A stretch of DNA of 64,000 bases, taken from positions 128,001-192,000 of the forward strand of contig CAXXXF010000003.1 in the NCBI GenBank assembly GCA_963667175.2. Reading direction: 5' to 3'. The notes beneath the pieces are model-generated. The model was not told the DNA's origin. It worked only from the letters and a program-made list of their open reading frames with translations, and ran no database searches. The position numbers and the translations under genes were made by a program. Of this stretch, positions 31,701 to 39,879 are shown piece after piece (the stretch's first letter is position 1; every line of letters begins with the position of its first letter). The stretch comes from Candidatus Latescibacterota bacterium. GTDB taxonomy: Bacteria > Latescibacterota > UBA2968 > GCA-2709665.

Positions 31701-32449
31701 CGGACCTTCGCGGCACAGGACGGCCGGACGTCCTCGCCGCGGTCACGGACCGGCAACTCCACTGTTTCGACGCGGACGGCAACAAACGCTGGAATTTCTT
31801 CATCTACGGAATTTTCGATCCGTTCTGCCTTGCGGACGTGAACGGGGACGGCCTCCCCGAGGTGGTCGGCGGCCCGGGCAGGATTTCCTGCGGGGGGACC
31901 TGCTACGTGCTGGATGCGGATGGTGGGGAGATCGCCAGCAACGGGCTGGACGGGTGGCCGTCCATGCTGCCGGGATGCGACGTGTATCTTTACGGGAACG
32001 GCGACAATCTGATCGCGTGCGGAACGACCCGTTCGAAGGTCCACGCCCTGAGGCTGGAAGGAGCGTTCCTGACGCCCCTCTGGACCCGCGACGTGGGCGA
32101 AGAGGTGCACGCGGTCGCAGCGGTCGACATCGATGGCGACGGGAGGCCCGAGGTGGCGGCCGGGTCGGACTGTTTCTACCTCTATCTTTTCGATGAAGAC
32201 GGTACGGAGCGATGGCGCCGCAATCTGCAGGCCCCCGTGAGGCGGGTGTTCGCCGCCGACGTCAACCGCGACGGCGCGCCGGAGGTCGCCGCCGGGTGTG
32301 AGGACGGAAGCGTGTGGATCCTGGACGGAGATGGAAACACGCTGGCCGTCCACCGCGCGGAAGCGAAGATCCACGCCCTGACGCCTCAAGACGAAGGCCG
32401 CCTCCTGCTCGGCTGTTCCGACGGGACCCTGTCACTGCTGGGGTTGTGA
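28745..32449 (+). CDS. Giant heparinase II/III-like + FG-GAP/PQQ beta-propeller protein
   Basis: YPGEEGYTLRTLHN, WDLIEESPVFSDADRLR, QNHQ, PPFGD, GNHGHDDGN and DxxGDG repeats. GGAGGA RBS. Confidence 0.8.
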   Translation: MDTDRRSTGLKIDKLKPTRLETVLAADGEPAGKIVIGDTPAHERQAERIATRIEAATGARLPVVRAGDVSASSGLLDTHVVALGNMADNPFIRWLYYQWWAIEDLCYPGEEGYTLRTLHNLLGNGRNVVLLGASDEDGLDRAASRFLSRVGNGETLRLGWLMDVAPGPAFDSLTRPPDGWLDERREDYIRQVSQPHASKAGAGHGMVTEAGRQGFAYHRTGFEVYAMALREAVDAHLKMGEHGVMAHFNVWWLAVIWDLIEESPVFSDADRLRITGYLLWLMDSHEGAYNRFFREGVGHRMVRQNHQTLVGLSSWFAGRYFATHYGMPEAEEWQAASADLFKGQAASFKPTEDANAYQWTTLDHLLTYTLASGDETYVENGNCRRSLDQAVLYCNNRGAMPPFGDSGGCQVPPPASFLVKAGHVLGDGRAEFLIRTRSDRVSLIHGFEKYFGDGLAPETPSDMAGVRVLEVAKGYYDFAADPKARPSEVKPLNLPREEAFDTLCFREGFDRDDQYLMLHGISYGNHGHDDGNTIVEFSANDRVFLVDASYTEGPTLKHHNGVTAVRNGEPWEVPALCRLEGLADLERVGISRSSMEGEWGARWTRNVVWRKGRFFVIVDEIEATKAGTFALECNWRTLGTPSLDGDRLEAVQRDPDSGREDRFVLEGVGGDRVTMERDWEAFGHWWKEYPYSDDFVNILRQSVSREMAAGDRHTFINLFYATNDAKPLDVRMRRVGETAVLIEGSEGRMLVGTGGPDGALAAGPISGEADAYVIGEGWFALCGGRRLLRGETTLFECDRPVSVEVDLESGAGVSDTRESAGATLFGQRRTLAEGRHRLSVPTEDADTPLDGIWDLPEWETGAGRRVRRVSGAELRSIWSHDFGSAVRCAARRGGGSVAGTQDGRVIALTPEGDPDWTFQAGDAVLSVCAAGRPGDVDAPVAVGANDRRLTFLEGDGVERWSHRFEIFRGGWAWYTRNSSVEVVKAADLRGTGRPDVLAAVTDRQLHCFDADGNKRWNFFIYGIFDPFCLADVNGDGLPEVVGGPGRISCGGTCYVLDADGGEIASNGLDGWPSMLPGCDVYLYGNGDNLIACGTTRSKVHALRLEGAFLTPLWTRDVGEEVHAVAAVDIDGDGRPEVAAGSDCFYLYLFDEDGTERWRRNLQAPVRRVFAADVNRDGAPEVAAGCEDGSVWILDGDGNTLAVHRAEAKIHALTPQDEGRLLLGCSDGTLSLLGL

Positions 32450-32725
32450 TGTTGGGTGACAAAGGGGTTTGGTTCTGTTTACCTCAGGCTGGTGCCAAAC
32501 ATTGAATCCATCCGTCGGTCAATCCAAGGGCATTTTAGGATGGCTGAATCGAGAGGTGAGATGCGGTCTAGGACCGACATTCCAGAGAGCGGTCGTTTTT
32601 CGTACAAGTACCTGGCTACGGAAGAAAGAAAAAAGCAGCACGTCGAAGTGTTGGCCAATAAAACGCAATAATTCTCAATGCTAAATTTGATTTCGACTCT
32701 TTTATTTGACTTATCAGGCCATACG

Positions 32726-33748
32726 TCATGCCTGCGATTTAGCGAATAATTCGGTCTGCTGAGTGAAGTTCGGCAGTTCAACGGAATCACCAGAGCAAAT
32801 TTTCTCATAAATTGACTTCATTGTATCACAACACATTCCTTTAGGCAGAAAACGAAAAGCAGAGGCTGCCAGATAATCAATCCGCTCTTCAAAAGCTAAC
32901 CATCGCCTTCGTTCGTTTTCAGCGACTGAACCAACTGTATTTGAACCTGCAAAGATGTCAATTACAAGGTCTCCTGGATCGGTCAGGTATCGAATGAAAA
33001 ATTGAGGTAGTCTTGAGGGAAACCTTGCGGGATGACCCTTGACGCCTACAGCTTTGCAGCCACCCAGATAGGGTCCGTTGGATTCGGTGTTTGGAATGTG
33101 CAGCAGATTGGATGGGATTGCTCCACCATTATTCTTGGCAAAACCGATACTTATGTCGTGTCCTGACGGACGTTTTTTAGCAGAATAAAACGCTTCGGGA
33201 TCCTTTAGTAGTTTTTTCATACGCGCACTGTATTCCGTCAGAACCTTTGATACGTCAGCTTTAGGCCATTGAGTCTTGCTAAACCACCACACAGTATTGA
33301 CAGCGTCTTTCGCCCTTATCTTTCTTTTGTTTACCCATTCAATCGGGCTGGGAAGTTTGGACGGATTGTACCAGTAAAAATCCTCAGCGAGGTGGAATCC
33401 CAAGTTGTCACAGAAGTGAATCGGAATGCGAAAATTATATAAGCTACGTGTTGGCAATCCTTTTCGGTAAGCGCCGCCCAAATCAAGTACAAAGCTCCCA
33501 TCATCACGCAACTTAAGGAACACGACTCGCGCGAATTCTGATAACCAATCGATGTATTCGTGTTGTTCCTTATTACCATATTCTTTTTGACGCTGGAGGG
33601 CGAAAGGTGGACTGGTAATTACGAGATTCACACTGTTATCAGGTAGCTGTGACAGGAGTTCCCGCGAATCTCCGCAGAATGCGGCACCCATTTCAGTGGA
33701 ATAAGTAGGGGCACGCTCAATCTTCGCCTTTTTATCCTTGTAAGGCAT
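32726..33748 (-). CDS. pvuIIM: M.PvuII-like N4-cytosine DNA methyltransferase (beta class)
   Basis: ITSPPFALQRQKEYGN, WYNPSKLPSPIEWVNKRKIR, HPARFP and DIFAGSNT match M.PvuII motifs. Low GC. Confidence 0.9.
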   Translation of the reverse strand: MPYKDKKAKIERAPTYSTEMGAAFCGDSRELLSQLPDNSVNLVITSPPFALQRQKEYGNKEQHEYIDWLSEFARVVFLKLRDDGSFVLDLGGAYRKGLPTRSLYNFRIPIHFCDNLGFHLAEDFYWYNPSKLPSPIEWVNKRKIRAKDAVNTVWWFSKTQWPKADVSKVLTEYSARMKKLLKDPEAFYSAKKRPSGHDISIGFAKNNGGAIPSNLLHIPNTESNGPYLGGCKAVGVKGHPARFPSRLPQFFIRYLTDPGDLVIDIFAGSNTVGSVAENERRRWLAFEERIDYLAASAFRFLPKGMCCDTMKSIYEKICSGDSVELPNFTQQTELFAKSQA

Positions 33749-33798
33749 AACTGCTCCCCTGCTTTCATCGACTTCCAATGTCTAAAGGGGTTGACACG

Positions 33799-34281
33799 AT
33801 GCAGTATCATCCGGATAGAAAAATTCTGTTGAAGTTACTCCCTTACATCAGAAAATACCAAGAGCTGGCGTCGAAACACGGTATTGACGACATTTTTCAG
33901 GACAATGGGGGTAAACTACTGCAGGTTCTACTAATAACAGGATTGAGGGTCATACCAGGCAGAGAAGGGAATGATGCAAGAGACTCTGAAGGCAATGAAT
34001 TCGAGCTGAAATCTGTCAATATTCTCTTAACCAAAAGCTTCTCAACGCATCATCATCTTAATCCGAAGATCATTGCAAAGTACCGTCAAGTGGATTGGAT
34101 CTTTGCAGTCTATGAAGGCATCGAGATCCAAGCCATATATCATCTGTTGCCTCAAGACCTCGAGTTTTATTTTGTCAAATGGGAGAAGAAATGGCACGAC
34201 GACGGAGGAAGGGATATAAACAACCCGAAGATTCCGATAAAGTACGTAATTGAGCAAGGGAATTTGGTATACACGAGATAA
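33799..34281 (+). CDS. pvuIIR: PvuII-family type II restriction endonuclease (likely CAGCTG)
   Basis: [50 protein letters not shown] and DINNPKIP match R.PvuII as I recall it. Confidence 0.9.
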   Translation: MQYHPDRKILLKLLPYIRKYQELASKHGIDDIFQDNGGKLLQVLLITGLRVIPGREGNDARDSEGNEFELKSVNILLTKSFSTHHHLNPKIIAKYRQVDWIFAVYEGIEIQAIYHLLPQDLEFYFVKWEKKWHDDGGRDINNPKIPIKYVIEQGNLVYTR

Positions 34282-34661
34282 TGGATGTCACCTATGGAAA
34301 TATACTATACATATGTTCAACTCGCAAGGGAAAAATCCCCGTTTTTCGAATAACGGGTGCATAAATCTTACAAGCGATTCAATAGGTTTCCCCAATCACT
34401 CAAAGTGGATAGAGAGACACGGATTCTGTCAGCCGAGTTACGTTTTTTTGCCGGTGTGATTGATGATCGCGAAATGGATTACCAAGATAGGGCAACAAAG
34501 ACTTCCCTCGTTGGATCCGTTCATCGAAAAACGAGAATCGCTCTATTGCAACGGAGAGGGCGAGTTGCACCTGCAAAATTGCGTTCGGTATTTAGCCAGG
34601 CAGAAGACAGGCGTCTCGACGCACCAGATGTAACCGATTTCGCCTTTCACAGGAGACTTGC

Positions 34662-35654
34662 ATGCCGGAAAAACTGTGTGTCGGAATTGTCGGATGTGGC
34701 GGGCAGACCCGCCTGAATCTCGCGCCGGGCATCGCCCGCGTCGAATCGGCGCGTCTCGTCGCGTGTGCGGACGTGGATGAGGCCAGGGCGGTCAAGCTGG
34801 CCGACGAATTCCGGATCGAGAATGTGCACGTCGATGCACGGGAGGTCACCACCGCCGCTGGCGTGGACGCGGTGATCGTGGCCGTCCCGCACCGGTTCCT
34901 CAAGGACGTGGCGCTTTCGTCGATCGCCGCCGGGAAGCACGTGTTTATCGAGAAGCCGATGGGGCTCAATGCGGCGGAGGGCGCCGAGGTGGTGGAAGCC
35001 GCTGAGAAGCGGGGCGTGGTGGCGATGGTGGGTTACTGCATGCGCTATTCGCTCAGCCGGATGTACATCAAATCCCTGCTGGACCGGGGCGCGGTGGGAG
35101 ACGTCAGCTTCGTGGCGGCCGGCAAGGGCGGCGGTCCGCTGGGCGGATGGCTCGGGGGGCCCTGGTCGGAAGGCGGCGGTCAACTCCTCTTTCTGGGCTC
35201 CCACCTCACCGACCAGGTGCTCTGGATGACGGACGACGAAGCCGAAGCCGTTTCGGGGACCGTACGATGGAACGCCGGCGGCACGGACGAGACGTCTGCC
35301 TACACCGTGCGCCTGAAAGGGGGCGCCGTGGCCACGTTCTCGGTGTCCCAGGCCTCGGGGGTCGGGTACGATTTCGTGGACATTTTTGGAACGCGGGGAC
35401 GCGTTCGGGGCGACTGGAAGGGCGACGTCGTGACCGTGGAGAGCCGGGCGATTCCCGAATACGCGCACCCCACCGTCCTGCGCATCCCGGGCGACAATCT
35501 CGAAGAAATGTGTTACCGCGAGTTGGCCGCGTTCGTAGACGCCACGCGATCGGGAGCATCTGCTCCCATCCCGGCGTCGGACGGCCTGCGCGTGCTCCGG
35601 ATCCTGGATGCGGTCGTCGCGTCGTCGAATGAGGGAAAGTGGATCGAGGTTTAG
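34662..35654 (+). CDS. Gfo/Idh/MocA family oxidoreductase
   Basis: VGIVGCG Rossmann motif, AGKHVFIEKP and GGG...GSH..D. AGGAG RBS. Confidence 0.9.
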   Translation: MPEKLCVGIVGCGGQTRLNLAPGIARVESARLVACADVDEARAVKLADEFRIENVHVDAREVTTAAGVDAVIVAVPHRFLKDVALSSIAAGKHVFIEKPMGLNAAEGAEVVEAAEKRGVVAMVGYCMRYSLSRMYIKSLLDRGAVGDVSFVAAGKGGGPLGGWLGGPWSEGGGQLLFLGSHLTDQVLWMTDDEAEAVSGTVRWNAGGTDETSAYTVRLKGGAVATFSVSQASGVGYDFVDIFGTRGRVRGDWKGDVVTVESRAIPEYAHPTVLRIPGDNLEEMCYRELAAFVDATRSGASAPIPASDGLRVLRILDAVVASSNEGKWIEV

Positions 35655-35655
35655 C

Positions 35656-35819
35656 AGCAGTCCGTTGAAAAAGTCGCTCTGCAGGCGAGGGCGAGTCATT
35701 GTGGCCGAAGACAAGGCGCGCGACCGACGCGCATCCCTGGATTCGGGGAGGGAGCGCAACGCCGTAGTTCGGTCACAAGGACCGGACGCAGACCGGATGG
35801 ACTTTTCCAACGGGCTGTT
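35656..35819. mobile_element. MITE with ~18-bp imperfect terminal inverted repeats
   Basis: Left cagtccgttgaaaaagtc versus right gacttttccaacgggctg (16/18 complementary). No transposase inside. The TIR resembles IS5/IS1182-type ends (inference). Confidence 0.7.
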
Positions 35820-35947
35820 AGGGGCGGAGACCGAAAATCGGCTCACACGGAGACACAAAGACACAAAGGGAACGAACAGTTGTCAGCCGTCAGTGATTAG
35901 CAGTCAGCTTGAAGCAAATTCGAAAGATCAGATTCAACATCCACATC

Positions 35948-36243
35948 TCCCCAAATTCCCTGCCTCCGGCGGGTTCCTTTTGAAGCGACCAAAAGGAACC
36001 AAAAGTCGCCGCTGGGCGCCTGCCTGCCGGCAGGCAGGCGGGGCCTGCTATATGCATAGCGCGAATACCCACACAGGAGGCACATGACCCTCTGGCCTGA
36101 CACCCTTGGTGCCACATCGAACCGCGTTGCTGGACGGATCAGCGCGCTCTGCTCTGAAAGTCCTCCCGTCAGGAAATGCCTTCGTAGACCGATCGGCGTC
36201 TGAACGATGAGGACAGGCGTTAGCAATCAGCTTGAAGCAAGAA
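35948..36243. repeat. ~300-bp dispersed intergenic repeat, copy 2 (contains perfect 20-nt palindrome CCTGCCTGCCGGCAGGCAGG at 36019..36038)
   Basis: Colinear with 9525..9847. Confidence 0.85.
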
Positions 36244-36266
36244 AAAGGGCTTGAAAAAAGGGAAGT

Positions 36267-37502
36267 TTGGGGGTTGTGGATCATATTCCTACAATACAGG
36301 ACATACACGTGCCAGCCGTAGAGCAGAACAATTGGAGAGATCACAGCGTCATCCGACTGAACCCTGATGGGGATCGGGTCGAACTCCCTGCGGGTTCGCA
36401 GATTGTCACCGAGAGCTGGAACCGGGTGACGGCGGTGCCGCACGTCGTCTACATGCCGGAAGTGGACCGGGTGCTGATGCTGCTGAGCTGCGACTACCCC
36501 GGTAGCCCCTGGGTGCATTTCGCCATGGTGCTGTTCAGCGACGACCTTGGCGCCACCTGGAGCGATCCGGCCTACGTGCACACCGACGAAAAGGGCAACC
36601 CCGCCTGCGGGCTGGGGCACGGGCTGACCAACCTGGGGGGCGGCAGGTTGATGCTGTATTCGTGCCACCCGCCGGCGAGGTGGTTCAGCGACGATTACGG
36701 AGCGACGTGGGGGGACACCGTGCCCGTGGAGCCGGCGCCGAACGGGAGAACGTGGATGGCCTGGGACCCGGTTCTGGTGGACAGAGATCCCCAGACGGGA
36801 CGGGTAACGCGCCTGATGGAAAGCGGCTACTGGGGCGACGCCGGGACCATGGACTCGCAGGCCTACGTCAGATTCAGCGAGGACGGCGGCCGAAACTGGA
36901 CCGGTACCCGTCACGTGCCTGAGTTCGAAGGCGTCAACGAGGTCTGCCCGATTCGAGCGGAAAACGGCGATATTGTCGCAACCTGCCGGACGGACCCCCC
37001 GGAGGCGCTCAAGCCCCATCGGTTCGATCACTATGAAGGGTTCGGCGTCTCCATCTCCCGGGACAACGGCTGCACCTGGAGCGAGGTCCGGCAACTCTAC
37101 GACTGGGGGCGCCATCATGCCAGTCTGGCGCTACTGCCTTGTGGGCACATTGTCGCTACATACGTGGTTCGGTTGGGCTATCCGGACACCGTTGACGGGT
37201 TTCCGCGCTTCGGCATCGAGGCGGTTGTGAGCCGCGACAACGGACAGACGTGGGATTTGGACCGCCGCTATGTCCTTGCCGAGTGGACCGGAAACAGGAA
37301 GGGATCGCCCTCGCCCTCGCAAAAGCTGCGCTCCGGCGGCTGGCATGCAAGCCCGCACACCACGTCCACTCTGGTGCTCCCGGACGGCTCGATCCTGACC
37401 GCCTACGGGACGGGGTATCGCCAGCGGGACGATGCCTTCGGACCCGGACTGTACGGGCCGCGGGACGTCGGCCTGGTCAGATGGAATATCGAAAGAGAAT
37501 AG
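36267..37502 (+). CDS. BNR/Asp-box sialidase-family protein
   Basis: Five Asp-boxes: SDDLGATW, SDDYGATW, SEDGGRNW, SRDNGCTW, SRDNGQTW. Exact start uncertain. Confidence 0.85.
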   Translation: MGVVDHIPTIQDIHVPAVEQNNWRDHSVIRLNPDGDRVELPAGSQIVTESWNRVTAVPHVVYMPEVDRVLMLLSCDYPGSPWVHFAMVLFSDDLGATWSDPAYVHTDEKGNPACGLGHGLTNLGGGRLMLYSCHPPARWFSDDYGATWGDTVPVEPAPNGRTWMAWDPVLVDRDPQTGRVTRLMESGYWGDAGTMDSQAYVRFSEDGGRNWTGTRHVPEFEGVNEVCPIRAENGDIVATCRTDPPEALKPHRFDHYEGFGVSISRDNGCTWSEVRQLYDWGRHHASLALLPCGHIVATYVVRLGYPDTVDGFPRFGIEAVVSRDNGQTWDLDRRYVLAEWTGNRKGSPSPSQKLRSGGWHASPHTTSTLVLPDGSILTAYGTGYRQRDDAFGPGLYGPRDVGLVRWNIERE

Positions 37503-37580
37503 ATTCGCCGCGCCGGCTGCATCGCCGCGTTTCTGCAACATCACTGAAAGAGCCGGTTCGGCACAGCGAAAGGGGCGGGT

Positions 37581-38351
37581 ATGATCAGCGATCAACAGGT
37601 CGAATTCTTCCGGACATTCGGCTTTCTTCCGCTGCGCGAGGCGTTCAGCGGGGAGGAGATGGCCGTCATCGGCGACACGTTCGACGACATGCTGGAAAGA
37701 GACCGGGAGGGCCGGCCTTTTCCGGGCGAGCAACGACAGGCGCTCTATGGCATCGCCGAGCGCAACCCTCTGCTGACGGAACTCGTCGAGGACGACCGCA
37801 TCTATGAAACCGTGGGGCGCCTGCTGGGTCCCGGGTTTCACTGGCTGTGTTCCGAGGGAAATCTGTACGTGGGCAAAACGGAATGGCATCCCGACGGCAG
37901 CCGGCTGAATTATCCGCCGATGAAAGTCTCTCTGTATCTGGATACCCTCACAAAGACCACGGGGTGCCTGCGGGTGATCCCCGGATCGCACCGGCTGCCG
38001 TTTCACGAGGCGCTGAGGCCCATCGAAAAGATGGGCGTGCCTGGCGCGGACGTGCCGTGCTATTTCCTGGAATCCAGTCCGGGAGACGTTCTGTTCCTGA
38101 ATATGAACATCTGGCATGCGACGTACGACGGGGCCGTGGGACGACGCCATCTGGCGCTGAATTTCGTTCCCGAGGCCACGGAAGCCGAGCACGTCGAGAT
38201 CCTGACGAGGAACCACCGGGTCCTGATTGACCTGATGGAACGGTTCCAGTACAGCCAGCCGGGCCGGGCCTTTACCGACGACTTTCTGAACAGCGAAAAG
38301 CCGCGTATCCGCCGCATGGCCGCGAAGTGGGTGGAACTCGGACTGCAATAG
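37581..38351 (+). CDS. Phytanoyl-CoA dioxygenase (PhyH) family Fe/2OG dioxygenase
   Basis: FFRTFGF, WHPD, GCLRVIPGSH, PGDVLF...WH. Confidence 0.85.
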   Translation: MISDQQVEFFRTFGFLPLREAFSGEEMAVIGDTFDDMLERDREGRPFPGEQRQALYGIAERNPLLTELVEDDRIYETVGRLLGPGFHWLCSEGNLYVGKTEWHPDGSRLNYPPMKVSLYLDTLTKTTGCLRVIPGSHRLPFHEALRPIEKMGVPGADVPCYFLESSPGDVLFLNMNIWHATYDGAVGRRHLALNFVPEATEAEHVEILTRNHRVLIDLMERFQYSQPGRAFTDDFLNSEKPRIRRMAAKWVELGLQ

Positions 38352-38379
38352 ACCTGGCGGAGGCCCTTGGGTGACCGGA

Positions 38380-39351
38380 ATGCGCAAAGAAATCCTGATT
38401 TCCGAACGGGACGGTTTCGCCAGAAGAAACTTTCCCTGTACGATGAAGATGGGCTTTGAACCGGGCGAGTTCCCGGCGGACGGTCCCGCGCGAATGCTGG
38501 ACGCGGAAGGCGAATCCCGTCCCGTCCAGGTGGACGTCCTGGATTCTTGGGACGACGGCAGCATGAGGACCGCGGAGGTCTCGTTTCCGGCGCGGCTGCC
38601 TGCCGGGGGGGAGGAAGTCCTTGTGTTCGAGTTCGGAGACGGGACGCCGCCGCCCCCGCGGCAGACGAACCCGATCAAGGTCCGCGATCGCAAGGACCCG
38701 ATCGAGATTCAGCAGGGGCCCGTGATCTACCAGGTCCGGAAATGGCGTTTCAACTTCGTGGAAAACGTGATCTTCGACGGCAGGGCGTTTCACGGACCGG
38801 GCGCCCCGGGCCCCGCGCTCCTGCGCAAGGACGGCAGGATCCTGTTCCCGTCCGGCGAGGTCCGGATCGATATCCGGACGCGAGGTCCCCGCACGGCCCG
38901 CCTCCGAGTGGACGGGACCTACGGCGGCGGATATGCGTTTGTCGCGCATCTGACCTTTTATTCGGGGGTCTCCTGGTTCAGGGCGGAACACGAGATCGTA
39001 TCGGGCGATGTGTCGCAAATTGCGTCAGTCGTCGTCGAAAGTACCTTCAACCTGCCGGATGCGCCGCTTGTCTGCGCGTTCGGAGCACGCCAGCGGGTCG
39101 ATGGCGAGGGCACGAGTTGGGCCGTGGTGACAGACAATGCGGCAACCGTGGACGTCGCGGCGGTGGGCGCATGGTCCGGGAAGGACGCCGTCCGCTACGA
39201 AGTCGAAGCCAACGGGCGCTTCCGGACGCTGTTTCCATGTCTCGAGAAACCCGCGATCCTGTATATACATTACCTGACGACGCCCCCGATGGACCATCAT
39301 CACACGCCGGCGGCAGCAATGGCGACGGACCCGGAGTGCCGGGTGATGTAA
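38380..39351 (+). CDS. Hypothetical protein, possibly related to N-terminal beta domains of exo-polysaccharide lyases
   Basis: PVQVDVLDSWDDGSMR motif and GPR..RLRV.G. Lies in the operon after phyH. Confidence 0.5.
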   Translation: MRKEILISERDGFARRNFPCTMKMGFEPGEFPADGPARMLDAEGESRPVQVDVLDSWDDGSMRTAEVSFPARLPAGGEEVLVFEFGDGTPPPPRQTNPIKVRDRKDPIEIQQGPVIYQVRKWRFNFVENVIFDGRAFHGPGAPGPALLRKDGRILFPSGEVRIDIRTRGPRTARLRVDGTYGGGYAFVAHLTFYSGVSWFRAEHEIVSGDVSQIASVVVESTFNLPDAPLVCAFGARQRVDGEGTSWAVVTDNAATVDVAAVGAWSGKDAVRYEVEANGRFRTLFPCLEKPAILYIHYLTTPPMDHHHTPAAAMATDPECRVM

Positions 39352-39530
39352 GGCAGCTGTCAGCGGTCAGCTTTCAGCCGTCAGCTTGAAGCAAAAGACG
39401 AAGATCAACGTCCACGTCTCCCCAAATTCCCTAAAGGCGGGGAGAGGGTAGACGTAAGACGGGAGATGAGCTATCGCCCGCCGCCGGACATTGATACGGC
39501 CAGCCGAAATTTAGCCGCGATGTGCGCGAA

Positions 39531-39656
39531 ACCCTCACCCCCCGGCCCCCTCTCCCACGGGGAGAGGGGGAGCAGACAGATTGAAGCAAAACCAGGAGAC
39601 CCGGAGCAGTTCACAGTTCCCCCCCTTCCCCCCGGGAAGGGGGATAGGGGGTAGGT
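39531..39656. repeat. Pair of REP-like hairpins
   Basis: ccccctctcccacggggagagggg followed by cacagttcccccccttcccc..gggaagggggatagggggtagg. Same arrangement at 54304..54443. Confidence 0.75.
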
Positions 39657-39879
39657 CGGTGGGGCGGTGAGCGGTGAGACGTTAGACGATATGAATGCCT
39701 CGTGCGGTTTCATTTTTTGCCAAAGGCATAAAGGAACATCCAGTCAGGCAATGACGTCCTCTACCCTCTACCGTCTTACGTCTTACCGATTTCAGGTTTT
39801 TCATCTACCGTCTTACGTCTCACGGGTTTTCTTGCGTGCCACAATCGCATCTGCAATTTCGTTCGAAAGGAGTTACAGG

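Noticed and set aside
32456-32720. Small ORFs downstream of the PvuII-like MTase as a possible C protein
   Set aside because: No HTH/XRE pattern, and the position is wrong for a C gene.
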